From assembly GCA_008632985.1 (NCBI GenBank), contig QPGO01000023.1, positions 493,681 through 557,680 of the forward strand: 64,000 nucleotides of DNA, written 5' to 3'. Shown one piece after another: positions 22,758-34,591 of this stretch. The notes beneath the pieces were generated by a model that was not told the origin of the DNA, searched no databases, and was given only the letters and a program-made list of their open reading frames with translations. Position 1 is the stretch's first letter; every line of letters begins with the position of its first letter. Made by a program: the position numbers and the translations under genes. This stretch comes from Psammoneis japonica (taxonomy: Eukaryota).

Positions 22758-24239
22758 TTAGTGCGTTCGGTTCACAACCTTGTGTGCCAAATGGACAAGA
22801 GAATCGCGATGTGCACCTGGACTCAGTTCCAAAATCGCCTCGATAGCAAGCTCAGCATGAACTTGTGCCAGGGCTTTGGTCCGTTGAATACCTTCACTAG
22901 CAAACACCAGTTCTACCGCACGGTCCACATCGCCATCCTCTTTAAACTTTCTTTCGAGAAGAGGTTGGATCTCTTTTGGGAATTCTTGAGCAGCAAACAA
23001 GACAGGCGCAGTCGCAAGACCGGCATTTAAGTCTGCCAACGCTGGCTTTCCCATGGTGGATGCGCTCCCCTCAAAGTCGAGTACATCGTCGACCAACTGA
23101 AAGGCAATTCCAAGATGTTTTCCGTAACGATACGAAACGGATATGAGCGAATTTTCATATCCACCCAGCAATGCGGCACTCTTGCATGAATTGGCCATGA
23201 GACTGCCTGTCTTGTAAAAGTTCTTGCTGAGGTAGTACACAAGTCTATCGTGCTGTACACTGCTATCCCCGGTATCTTCTGAAGTTGATGTGATTGTCCC
23301 TTTTAGTTGCATCACCTCTCCACGAACCAAGTGTTCAATGATGGTAGACATGGTTTCAACAACCGCAACATTTCGCAACCTTGCCAAAGAAATACTCGCT
23401 CGTGCCAAAAGGTAGTCACCGGCAAGAATCGCCATCTTGTTTCCAAACACCTTATGTACAGCCGGCTCCCCACGACGTGTATCGGAACCGTCAATTACGT
23501 CATCGTGAAAAAGAGAAGCGGTATGGATCATTTCTGATATCTCAGCTAGTCGTCGCTGCGCCTGAGGCAAGTCATGGCGTTGCCACTTAGATGGAGTTGT
23601 CCAGAGGGAAGACGTTTCGCTATGCGCCAACGGGGTATCTGATACGGTATCTGCAAGAGCCCGAGAGAGTAAAACCACCATGGTGGGTCGGATCTTCTTC
23701 CCTCCATTTGAATTGAAAAAGTATGATGCGGCGCGATTCAACACTGGATGGTCTGTGCCTAGCAAGTCTTCTCTTATGGATTGAGACAGCGTGTCGATTT
23801 CGGCGCTACTCAAAAGAAAGGGATCGGCTTCGCTTTTCGGTCGAACACCAGTAGGTAGACCTGGCCAGTAAGAACTGGGCTGCGCGTCGAGAAACCATTC
23901 ATTCAAAGGGTCCTCTAGCTGCATGGAGGATGAAATAGGTTCATTGATATCAGTAGATAGAGAGGGCGTCGAACCGTTCGCCGGGGTATGCGGCAATGCG
24001 CCGTTCACGGCTGTCTTTGGTGCGTCGCTCCAGAGTTTCGAGTCATTTTTTATAGCCTTGTCGAGAACAGAGGTCTTGACAGCCTCTCGTACCGACTCTG
24101 AGAAAGGAAAATCCGCAAAAGCTGCAGTCCCTTTTTGTCTTGTTATCATTCTGGTATATTTATCACGATTCTTTTTTATACATAAAGCAGCCAGTCGCCG
24201 ACCTGCTGGACTGGTTGCGAATCTGCAAGATCTGTTCAT
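22758..24239 (-). CDS. Long-chain trans-prenyl diphosphate synthase (solanesyl/decaprenyl-PP synthase, Coq1/SPS-like)
   Basis: GGKKIRP, EMIHTASLFHDDVID..RRG, GDYLLA, YKTGSL and FQLVDDVLD motifs. Confidence 0.95.
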   Translation of the reverse strand: MNRSCRFATSPAGRRLAALCIKKNRDKYTRMITRQKGTAAFADFPFSESVREAVKTSVLDKAIKNDSKLWSDAPKTAVNGALPHTPANGSTPSLSTDINEPISSSMQLEDPLNEWFLDAQPSSYWPGLPTGVRPKSEADPFLLSSAEIDTLSQSIREDLLGTDHPVLNRAASYFFNSNGGKKIRPTMVVLLSRALADTVSDTPLAHSETSSLWTTPSKWQRHDLPQAQRRLAEISEMIHTASLFHDDVIDGSDTRRGEPAVHKVFGNKMAILAGDYLLARASISLARLRNVAVVETMSTIIEHLVRGEVMQLKGTITSTSEDTGDSSVQHDRLVYYLSKNFYKTGSLMANSCKSAALLGGYENSLISVSYRYGKHLGIAFQLVDDVLDFEGSASTMGKPALADLNAGLATAPVLFAAQEFPKEIQPLLERKFKEDGDVDRAVELVFASEGIQRTKALAQVHAELAIEAILELSPGAHRDSLVHLAHKVVNRTH

Positions 24240-25018
24240 TTTCTTGATTCCCAATGAGCCAATCGATGTTCTGTACTCAGTACTAACCGAGGCAGAAAAA
24301 ATCAGATGTACTTTATCTAACCTTTCTCTTCACAACGTGTAAGATCAAGCTTTATCGCCACTGCACAGGTCGTTAATCCATAAACTGGTTCGACGATCGT
24401 GATGATGAATGCTGACGAAGCACCCACCCACCGATCGATCCATGCCCATCGACCGCACCGACCACCGACAAAGCGTTTTCCCGCCAAAATGACGTGTGAC
24501 GTGTCGTTGACGAACAACGCACGAACGGCGCATCGTCGACCGTTCAAAAAATGTATCCATATCTGTTTGTCTGAATTATGGATGTGAAGAATTCAATTAA
24601 GGGGGTCATGACGTGTAACTATTCTTTTACCTGCCGTTAAATAGAAATAGTAGAATATTCAATAATCTAATTAACATATTCTAGCACTCTCCTAAACGAA
24701 TCCTTTCTTCCTCTACTGTTCTTCAAAAAAGTTTCTACATGGGAACTGGTACAAAATCACGTAGAACTCAAGCGAGAAGGAACTTCCGAGGAAGAAGGTC
24801 ACGCATGTTGTGATCTTGCTTTTTTGCGAACACAACACACGACAGCAACAGATTGGGTGCAGTCATCGTTATTTAATTCATCATCCAGTGGCCTTCCCTG
24901 ACAAAGACAACATCGTTCTACGGTGCTATTCATCCGTCAGTACCCTAGGCTGCTGATTTTGCTTTAGCAGCCCGACGACAGGTCTCTTTTCACCGCTTCC
25001 ACGAGAGTTCTCATCGGC

Positions 25019-25729
25019 ATGTGCAGCTCGCACAAAAGGATTCGACAGTTTGGCGCAGGATCCCCTGAATCAAGTGATTCTACTGCTTCCCTCTCTTCGA
25101 TGTCAAGTTCAGAAGAGGACATTTCTCTGTCTCCGCCTCGAAGTATCTTTGGGGCTTACTGGGAGAAGTCAAACAGGAAGTCTCTGCAGGAGTTCTCATC
25201 CGAAACAGTTGAAGAAATCGAGCCGCAGAGAACATCCATACGACGCGAAAACGACCACGCTGCGTCTAAGAAGACAGAGAAGCAGGGTCAGTTAATGCTC
25301 GGCACCAACATCGAGCCCCTCAAGACCCTGGAAGAGCACCCAAGCCCAAAGTGCGGTGGCTCGCATATCAAAGAACTTGGTGATTCTCCTCGCTCACCTT
25401 GCCCAGAATCTCCAATTACCTTACGTCGTAGTATTTTCGAGTCTTCGTGTTATTCATCCGAGCGTGGGACACTATCAAATCCTAGGATACAGAAGAAGTC
25501 CCCAAGACCAAAGTTCCAACGATCTTGTCATTCGGCTTCGGAGCTGACTCCGGACAGATCCAAGAGGCTACCCCCGTGTCTTTTGAAGGAATCGAGTGAG
25601 CGTTCAACAAGATGTCGGTCCAATTCCGTTACATTTGCACCTGAAGTGGATGTTGTTGAGTACAGTTCTCCCGGAGAGAACTGCCCCGGAAAGGCGTGGT
25701 TCAATTGGTTCTCACCAGACTCCATGTAG
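25019..25729 (+). CDS. Hypothetical Ser/Pro-rich disordered protein
   Basis: 236-aa ATG-initiated ORF in a region of normal composition; C-terminal SVTF motif. Confidence 0.65.
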   Translation: MCSSHKRIRQFGAGSPESSDSTASLSSMSSSEEDISLSPPRSIFGAYWEKSNRKSLQEFSSETVEEIEPQRTSIRRENDHAASKKTEKQGQLMLGTNIEPLKTLEEHPSPKCGGSHIKELGDSPRSPCPESPITLRRSIFESSCYSSERGTLSNPRIQKKSPRPKFQRSCHSASELTPDRSKRLPPCLLKESSERSTRCRSNSVTFAPEVDVVEYSSPGENCPGKAWFNWFSPDSM

Positions 25730-26623
25730 TCAATACTTCATTTTTTCTTTTTCTCAATGCTACTACTCTACATATCCGGGATCAGCGATAAAAGCAAGAC
25801 AACGGTACTGATATTTTTAAGTTTAGACGATTTTTGTTACGTACTCGTGAGCTAAACATCGTTTTGCCTTATCAACACTGCTTGCGACAAAAGTGCTGTA
25901 ACATACGAGACAGTCACTTTCAAATTGAGATAGTTTTCTGTTTACCACCAGGCCATCTCCTTTCATGCGGATTCGTAATTGTTTTCAAGACCCATGATGA
26001 ATCGTATTGGTTCCGCACGAAATTGTGGAATTAGATAACCAGAGCCACCGCTTCTAACCTGTGTGCATCATCACTCTTGCATCACTCATAACTTTTCTTG
26101 TTCCCGCGATTTTGGGGGAAGCGCGCTGGGAAGATTCGTGACGAGGCGATTTATGGTTCCTATTAGGGTCTTGGAACAATAAGTAAGGTTTCCGAGTTGG
26201 CTATAGCCCTCCCATCGACGAACCTGATTTTGTTGCCGTGCACTATTTTGATTGGCTGAAAGATGTCAGCGGTGCTTAAACTTTATCAATGACGTCGAAT
26301 TTCAACTTGCTGATGACCGAATCCTTTAGGGCCCTAGTAAAGTACGTTCAAAACAGAATGCACCCTTTGTGTCGATTCGTTGCCAGTTGCCATCACCCTT
26401 CACTTCACTTCCATCTTATTTCCATCCATCCGAACTTCCCGGGTCGTCACTTTCAATCGGAATTCGGTATTACCTCTGATCTTTGTCAATTCCTTGCCCG
26501 CCCGAGAAACAAGTCGCTCCAGAATAGTGAGAGGACGGAAGACACCACCATCTGTCCTTTTGCAAATTGCTCACGAATCAAGCCACACTGTACATCTGTT
26601 CTCATTCGAACCGAATATACGAA

Positions 26624-27097
26624 ATGGACGCAATAGGTCTTTCAAAGATTCCCAAAGGCGTCGATGACGCAGCTTCCTTCAACGACTCTTCGCCTTCGCT
26701 TTCCTCTATGGCTAGTGCTTCGTGTGATGATGTCGTAAGTTCCCCTCTCCCTCCGTCCGCCCGGCCTGTTTTTAGATGCTCCTGGGACAAGTCCAAACTT
26801 CCTCCTCCGTTTCCGGGCATAAACGGCCACTATGGTAGGGATCGAAAGGGATCGTCGACACTAGAGGATGTTGCTGTGATGGAGTTCGAGGACATTACAA
26901 TCGGGTTCAGAACACCTTCAAGAGGGGGCGGGTTGGGCGCACTAACTCCGCCACCTCGAGAGTTCTTTCCAAAACGCCGTGACTCAGAACGCTCAACATT
27001 ACACTCAATGACGGCGAGGAATCATAGAGTTTCATGGAAAGACATGACTCATTCGAAAATGGTGGATGCTGCAGTGACCGAGCCAAAGAAAATGTAA
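26624..27097 (+). CDS. Hypothetical protein, possible distant paralogue of 25019-25729
   Basis: Shares SLSSM.S, R..F...W.KS and a C-terminal RVSW motif with the upstream gene. Confidence 0.55.
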   Translation: MDAIGLSKIPKGVDDAASFNDSSPSLSSMASASCDDVVSSPLPPSARPVFRCSWDKSKLPPPFPGINGHYGRDRKGSSTLEDVAVMEFEDITIGFRTPSRGGGLGALTPPPREFFPKRRDSERSTLHSMTARNHRVSWKDMTHSKMVDAAVTEPKKM

Positions 27098-27593
27098 ATA
27101 GGGCCTACGCGATCGTTCATCATAGAACACCACCACAACGACGCACGGAGAACGGTTTCTGACGATTCTTATCATCCATTCCTTACATGACTTTAGACTA
27201 GTGATGATCACTAAATACTAGACTGCATTTGAAATATGAAATATGTAAGAATACTTTTGCTTGAATTAACGAGAAGAGCTACGCTCACCTAAACCTAACA
27301 CTATGAGACTCGAATTTTGTGTTCCGGCACCCATACCCTCCTGGATATTGAGTACTAGAGGCGAGTAGCTATGTCTACTAGTAGCTAGAGAGCCAGCTCC
27401 TCTATCTAGAGAGAGCTACCATAACAAGCTTAAAATCTCTCTACCCTGGGCAACCCACACTTGAAACGAATCTTTTTCTTGGTTTCGATTCTTCAGAAGT
27501 GTATGTAGCCTATTAAAGTTTCTTAGAACTACTCCTATATAACTAGGAAAAGGGTTCGGATCGCTACCATGGCCTATGGTGGGGTGCGGGAAG

Positions 27594-28910
27594 TTACCCA
27601 AAGAAGAACCATTCGTTGATCATAAACATAATCAGATTCTCGCCAAACTCTGTGCACGGAAATTTAGGTTGCGAAAGAAATGTCAGCTGCGTATCATTAT
27701 TCAACTGCCATCCATGCCACCCATCCAGAAGCTCCTTGCACGTAACTTCGGGAACGCCGGCGTCAATATAAAGCGCTCCGCTCTCGGTCTTGTTGACAGC
27801 CACCGCGCCCGTTTTGCTCCTGGCATTGTCGGTGACGGAGAACCTGTTGTTGCCAAGATGCTTCACTTGAAGTAGGGCGTCATCGTCATTCAAGCTATCA
27901 TACATGTACATGCGGCACTTCCTTCCCTTGGGTGCAGCCTTGGCGCACCTATCCTCAGGGACAATTGCGGGATTACATGTTTTGGACTCTTTACCATCGT
28001 AGTCCACATACCACGACACGTCGCCATTGGCGTTTCTAATGAGAATACCACCACTTGACATTTGTAGCACATTGCCAGGGCTAGCGCATCCGGATGCCCA
28101 TACCTTTTGTTGAACCTTTTTCGTCAACACAAGATTTCCATGTTTCTTCATTCTTAATGCGTGAGATCCTCTAGTCTTGATCTTTGGTGTCCAGACAATT
28201 TCATCGTCGTAATCGCCAAACTTAAACAGACCTAGTTGTCCGTCATTGTTCAAGCCAAAGCGATATGACTCTGTCCAAAGGTTATCGGGACAGATGTACT
28301 CGTTACGTGAAAGCTGCTCTCCTGGTTTCAGCGTATGTCCTTTACAGAAAATCGGTGGTGTGCAACTATCTTCGCCCTTATATGATGTTATCTGCCACGC
28401 ACTAGCATACTCATAAAAAGGAGTAGGACGAATCGTCCTTGCACCGCTGCTCTGAATTGTGTGTGCAGACAGTCCAAGGAAAGTTGTGAGAAGATTGATT
28501 AGAAAAGCACATGAGATTTGACAAAAACCAGCGACCTTACGATGACTCACGGGAAAATCTGGGTTGAAGGCCAAAAAAGCTCCAGCTGCATAGCAATTGT
28601 TCGTCCACACTTTTTTGCCATTTTGATTTCTTAACAGCAGAACACCAGTGGGTCGCATTTCTAGAACGGATCCCTTCTTGCCCAACGTCCACTCCAACGT
28701 GTTATCCTTGTACTGGGCGAGCTCTCCCTCCTCGTCTAAACCAATGCGGAAGGTTGCCCCGTCCTGCTTATCACTGGCACAAACATACTGATTCCGATAG
28801 AGTTTCTGTCCACTTTCGAGCCTGCCCCCTTTGATGCAAACGTAGCCTAGAGACGCTGGTAATGTTGATCCAAAGAGTGCAATGGTGATGGGTAGGTAGA
28901 TATTCTTCAT
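27594..28910 (-). CDS. Secreted protein with two bulb-type (B-)lectin-like repeats
   Basis: Signal peptide MKNIYLPITIALFG; duplicated L..G..L.RN.Y.C...FG/IGL...G.L......WT.......L.M...G.L.L.....VW pattern; probable in-frame intron near 28465-28540. Confidence 0.65.
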   Translation of the reverse strand: MKNIYLPITIALFGSTLPASLGYVCIKGGRLESGQKLYRNQYVCASDKQDGATFRIGLDEEGELAQYKDNTLEWTLGKKGSVLEMRPTGVLLLRNQNGKKVWTNNCYAAGAFLAFNPDFPVSHRKVAGFCQISCAFLINLLTTFLGLSAHTIQSSGARTIRPTPFYEYASAWQITSYKGEDSCTPPIFCKGHTLKPGEQLSRNEYICPDNLWTESYRFGLNNDGQLGLFKFGDYDDEIVWTPKIKTRGSHALRMKKHGNLVLTKKVQQKVWASGCASPGNVLQMSSGGILIRNANGDVSWYVDYDGKESKTCNPAIVPEDRCAKAAPKGRKCRMYMYDSLNDDDALLQVKHLGNNRFSVTDNARSKTGAVAVNKTESGALYIDAGVPEVTCKELLDGWHGWQLNNDTQLTFLSQPKFPCTEFGENLIMFMINEWFFFG

Positions 28911-29572
28911 CTTGTGCAATAGCTTTCTCCTTCCTATCTCTTTCGATATTTATACGGTACTTTGACAGTGGTCCTTTGTGTTTTCTTCGTTTTTATGTTT
29001 TCAGAAGTGAAGCAGATGGGCTACCGAAATTCTGCAAATTCCAAAATTGTGACCGCAACTCAAACTGCCACTGAAGCGCGAACTGAACATTTATTGACAT
29101 CATGAATTAGTTCCGAAAGACTTATTGTTTAGTTACTTAACAAAATGGCCGATACGACACACAGTGTTTTAAAATACTGCATTGATAGTTGTAGTAGAGG
29201 TACCCTAATAAGTCTCTTTCGCAAAGACATTAATAGGACATTTTCGTTCATGTCTTTTGTACGTAGATACTCCTGCTTACAGTACATACAGTACGTACTT
29301 CTATTTGTTCAGAGACTCAACAGGCAGTACGGACAACAGCCCAACAACACCGCAACGCGCAACAAAACACGCGATGCTCGCTCGCAGACCCGCCGCAGTT
29401 GGCTGCGGGAGTGAATGATGTTGCAAGAGCAGAGCATGCAGAGGACCTATTACGGGGCTCATAAACAACTTAAAACGCCGCAGAGTAGTAACTTGATAAA
29501 CGACGTAGCCTTTCAGTTTCACCGTAATTGAAATATGTTCTTGTGCGATTGGCTCGGCGGATCTGTGTTACT

Positions 29573-32500
29573 ATGAATGGATCAAAAGATGGACGTCGAC
29601 GACGACGCAGTCGCCCTCACAGTTCTACAGAGACGCCGCCCCCGCCACCACCTCCTCCTGATTCTCTTGTATCTCTGCTACAATCAGACAAAAAGGTTTT
29701 GGAGTATTTTCAGGCCCTTCAAGCCAATCTTGATGCAGACGTCCAGCGTTGGAAAACCCGAGCAAAAGAGTACAAGGGCAGATACGAAGATTTGCAGGCG
29801 CAGCTGTCTAAAGAAGGCTCAAATCGAAAAAAGCCAGCTCGTAAGAAAGCAAAGTTAACAAAAGCCAGAAAGTCAACAAACAAATCCGATGGGTCGACCA
29901 CAATAGTAGAAGCTGAGACTGCTGCTCCAGAGGCTAATTCTCCAAAAGAATTGGAAACGGAAGGAGAAATCGTGCCAATTGACGATTCGATCTTTGACAT
30001 TTCTGACGAAGATTCTGTTCAAGATATCCCTCCTGTGACAGAAAATAATGGAGACGAAAAGCGGCGTCCTGAAATTGATATAGGCGAAACTTATTGCCGT
30101 CTCTGCGAAGCGTACCGTTGTCTTGAGCAGTTGGGGTATCGGTGACAAGCAAAGAAGCAAAAAGCCAAGAGAGTGCAACGAAAAATGACTTGAATGGCAT
30201 GGAAAAGGTTGACACGATAGATTTAGAAACAACAGATGGTGACGCAACCTTTCTTGATGCCGCTGAAGCTGATGCCGAACACGTGGAGGCGGCGGCTCCG
30301 TTGTTGGTTCGTAGATCAGACAATGATGTGTTGTCGGATCTTATGCATGCCCTTCGGACATTATCCCATATTCATCTTTTAGCAAAGAGGCGAAGCAATA
30401 TGAACCATTTTCATCACGGACACTGGTTCCTCGTTACTGTGAGGACGAAGCTCTCAACCCGATCCACCCCGCCTCAAAGGGACTAGCATTTGCGTTTCGG
30501 GCTCTCTGGATTATGCATGCACACTCGGCTTCCTACAACGATGACACATGGGACTCTATATTTGTTGATAGGGATGACAACAATGGCGATGCGATCCGAA
30601 TTGGTATGCACAACAGGCGTGCCATGGTCGAATTAGTGGTGGCATCCATCCAAGGAGAAATAGCAAGTACTTGGTCTGACACTGACAGGTCGTCGCGGCT
30701 AATCACCACTGCTCTACACCACAATGATGTTGAAGGAAAAGAGGCAGTGGTTGAGGACGACTCTCCATTAGTCACCGTCACTCCTAGCATTGGTTCAAGA
30801 GCCAATCACGGTTAGCGTCGCTCTTGGAGCGATGCATGCTCGCACGCCTCGTCCACGACCTGAATCTACACTGGGGACAGCCTCAGGAGACTGGACAGCT
30901 TGTTTTGGACTACATAATGTCGACAGCGCCCTCGTTGGGGGTTGAAGAGTATCCAAAATTGCCACCCGTTCTCAGCTTTTGTGTGTTGGAGTCGCTGATC
31001 TGCCGAGACGTGCAGCTGGAATTCGGAGAGGGGAAAGACGAACTCACTCATTTATCAAAGGCTGGTCCGTGGTTTTCTGAGTTTCTGCGAAGAATATCTT
31101 ATTCAGAGGAAAGAAAACCGATCGCTACCCGCTCCATTGTTCTTGCAATGAACACCGCTGCATGCGTATGGGAAGAGAGACTTCAGAGTAACGACGACCG
31201 AATATCTGACATTTCTCATGTCGAAATAGCTTGCTTCAATAGGCTGTTAATGTCTGAGTCATCTTGGCTTTATAGAATGGACGGCACAAAAACGCTAGAT
31301 GGGTGTCGCAAAATTGCCATGGAGATCGTGAATGAGTCTCTCGCGGGCTTGCTAAAGATTGACGAGCACGTGGATAAGACGTTCACGGATGAAAACAACG
31401 AGCATTTGGGTATTCAGCTGGCCCTCCCGCTCGCTCTTACCATGTCAGGTGACGAGGAAGCCATGGAAACGGTTCTTCTTGGTTCTTATGACGTGCTTCG
31501 AGAATCTGCATCCGTACGCTCGCCTGTACAATCCAGAATTACGTCAGGTGTACGAACCGCAATGCTTTCATGTTGTGTTGCGTATCGACAAGTCAACGTG
31601 CGTCAGCTTGACAGTTTCCGACAAAGCCACGGGGCGCCTTATTCGGAAACTCCTACGTTCCTGCCTTTTGCCAAGTCCGAAGAAATGGTAAAGATCTTGA
31701 TCGAAACTCATCAACCCGATGCGCGGCTTGACTGGGATTTCGCTTCGGGATTAGCACAGTGTGTGGTCCAACTAGCATGTGGGGAAGCGCTGTTCCGTCT
31801 CGTGTATTCGCTTGTGAATGCTGCGGCGGAGACTTCGCGCATTTCGGGGAACATCAATCAGAACATCATGGTCAAGGCTATTTCTACAATGCTTGCCGCG
31901 GGAGAAACCCCTACGGTTCGAGTCATTAATCTCCGCAGACGCCGGGATCGATTTGCGAGTTTCCTGGCTCAGGCTCAACGCGATCAGTTGTTAGTTGTAC
32001 GAGCCGTAGCAAGGCTTGACACTGCCACCAAAGAGTCTGAATCATACCTGTCATCTGAAGGGAAGGCCGATTACGGCTTCTGGGGTGAATATGCCTTTGA
32101 CGGCCGAGGCCGGGCTGCAGAAGTTGATACGAGTCTGTCAAACTTTATAGAGACCGGGAAAAAGCTTTGTGATTATGTTGAAACCCACTGGCGGCCCAAC
32201 GACTTGAAGGCTTTTGATAGGGACGCACGAGAAGACGACGCATCCGTCATGATGAGTGGGAGCGAACGAGCTTGTGCTCTTTCTCACATTGCAAGTTGGA
32301 AAGGGGTTGCACGATCATTGTCAACGTCGGCATTTCAAGCAATGGATAGTAAGTTTTATTGTTGACCACGAGTCTACCCTACGCGTATTGCTGGGTTTCT
32401 TACATTGTTGCGTGGCTTCTTCCTCAGGCGAACTCTTTCCGCACTCTGCGAATACCCTCCGTCTTTTTCGAATATCCGGATTCGCCCGCGGGCCTCCATT

Positions 32501-33040
32501 GCTACACGAAAACAATTCCATGCCGCCTTCGCCCGTTTGTGTAGTACTGGAGGACGATGCAATCTTGGTCGATCGGTTCGTGGAGCGTCTTGCTGCCTTG
32601 TTGGAGGAACTCCCGCGCGATTTCCATTTTTGTTCCTTGGGTTACTCTCGACCGAGAACTGCACCAATTGTCAAGTTTTCTTCTCAGTTGGGAATTCCAT
32701 CATGTATTTGGTATTTGACTGGCTACGTACTGTCACTGGAAGGAGCCAGCACACTTCTGGATAGCTTACCCGTTGTTGGTCCCGTCGACAGTTGGATTGG
32801 GTTGAAAATGTGTTCAAACTGGGATAATGTGTTTGGACATCATGTTGGAGTTGGTATTCACTCGCGTCCCCTTGCGGAAGCTCCTCCTCGAAAGGACTTG
32901 GTGCGCATTCTCAAGTTTCGGGCATTCTGTGCCTTGACCCCGCTCTGTTCTCAAAAATTGGTACCAACTCCATGCAGGGCACGTCTGGAAGGACGTGGAG
33001 GCAGCGTGACACGGATATCACTTATAGCGGCAACTTGTAG
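29573..33040 (+). CDS. Large protein with N-terminal coiled coil and C-terminal glycosyltransferase family 25-like domain; four 1-nt frameshifts and an intron near 32349-32427
   Basis: VINLRRRRDR, SERACALSH..SW, VLEDDA, GYVLS..GA..LL..LPV.GPVD and terminal DTDITYSG motifs; frames join if one base is added near 30135, 30378, 30793 and 32955. Confidence 0.75.
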
Positions 33041-33107
33041 AAGTATGATCAAGGATCTAATTGGCCCGTCATTTACGACTATCTCGAGACTGGCTGTCTC
33101 TAAGGGT

Positions 33108-34119
33108 TTACTCCACTGCAGCGTCCATTGGCTGGCTTCCGTCGTCACTCTCCCGGTTATTCCAATCTTCAGCTTCCGCTTCTGTATAAGTTCCTCCACC
33201 AGCTCGTCCCTCTCTGTACACTTGTCGGAACTGTTCTGTTTCTTGCTCATTCTCGCGCTCTACCATTTCCATATTTTCCTGGTATTCTTCTTCTGTTTCA
33301 ATCACCATTCTGTCGATTTCGTTTTGACGCAACAACTCGTCTAGTTGTGCTTGAATGTGGGGAGGTAGATTTGGCAGTGGAGGTGCATCGTGCGCCGTCA
33401 GGTACGGTTCTTCGCGGCCTATTCTCAATGGAGGGTTATTTGTGCCACTGACGCTTCTCAAGGATAGACAATCTAGAGCCCTCGCGGCTGCACCGTGTTG
33501 CGCATCAACCTTTTTCTCTGACAAGAATAGCATCCTCACAAAGTGAGATTCACAACGCAATCTAAACCAACTACAACATGGAAAACAACCGCAATAGCAC
33601 TTGCAACAACGTACTATACCATACAATCTCAATTCCGGTTTCCTCTTGCGTTTGTACTTGACACGTGGCCCGGGAATCAATTTGTCGACCGCATGGCCAG
33701 ATTTCTCCCGTGACGGGACACACAAAGATGCTTGTGTGGAATAGATTGTGAGCTGGTCCGTCATTGGGCCACGTGAGATATTGATTGTTGGTCAATGGCA
33801 GGCCGTTGTGATGCTTTGTGTACCAATTTGTCAAATTCAACTTGGGTGCAGTTGTTCCTGCACGAGAAATCAATGGTTGTTTTGAATAATTAAAAGGAGC
33901 CGTGCTGGTACTGGTGATTTCACTCTTTGTGTTTTCGGCAAGTGTGGTTCTTCTCTGATTCGGCGTGGTAGTACTGCTTTTTTCCGGCTTTGCGTTTGTT
34001 CTGAGACGACTAAGGTTCCAAGAATTGCCGTCCGATCGAGGGTCTCCTAATAGACCGCTGGATGGTTTCCAGGCCCTTACACCCTTGGGTTTTTCACTTA
34101 ATAGGAATCCCTTCTTCAT
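33108..34119 (-). CDS. Protein with a dsRNA-binding-motif-like domain and acidic C-terminus; one intron near 33520-33613
   Basis: PK..L..WY...GPAH..F.SIFVCP...KKVDAQHGAAARALD resembles the dsRBD signature once the GT-AG intron is removed. Confidence 0.65.
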
Positions 34120-34233
34120 TGTCCTTTGTTACCTACCAGCAGCGGTGTTGCATAGCCGTAAAAGCACAATAACTCGCAACTCGCCATCACTGCTCAAACA
34201 TCCAAACATCGCATGACACGGAAAAATTGAACT

Positions 34234-34312
34234 TTCGCGCGCAGCGCGAACTTTCGGCGAAAGTTGCCCCCTTTTGGAGCGCGAAGCGCTCCAACTTTCG
34301 GCTGAAAGTTGG
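34234..34312. repeat. Four consecutive, overlapping hairpins at the element's left end
   Basis: ttcgcgc-GCA-gcgcgaa; aactttc-ggc-gaaagtt; ttggagcgc-GAA-gcgctccaa; ccaactttc-ggct-gaaagttgg. Confidence 0.9.
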
Positions 34313-34591
34313 GAAACGGAGGGGGCGCGCGGAGGAAAAAAAGTTCGTCCGTTGAATCTTGGCTGTGAATCGTGAGAGTGCGTTAAGTCGTGCGTCAAGT
34401 CGTGCGTTGAGTCGTCTTGAAATTTGAAAAAAAATCAAAAATCAATCGAAACACGAAAGCTCACGCGATGAGCGATGGAAACATGTTACCGTCGCACGCG
34501 AATCCTCATACGGAAGGCCTTTTCTCCTACTGTACTGTGGAGGATACTGTAGAGAAGTTTCCTGAATACCCAAAGTGCAGTGGATGGCAGA

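Noticed and set aside
27340..27560. CTAG/TAG-rich intergenic stretch
   Set aside because: No repeat unit, terminal structure or RNA fold that I can support.
29573..33040. Four frameshifts in the GT25-like gene as programmed frameshifting or pseudogenisation
   Set aside because: All are single-base deletions, three in homopolymers (GGGG, TTTT, AAAAA), with no in-frame stops; most likely assembly indel errors.
33108..34119. dsRBD-like gene as part of the YR-RusA element or as the editing enzyme
   Set aside because: It lies outside the direct repeat, has an intron and shows no deaminase (HxE...PCxxC) motif; adjacency alone is not evidence.
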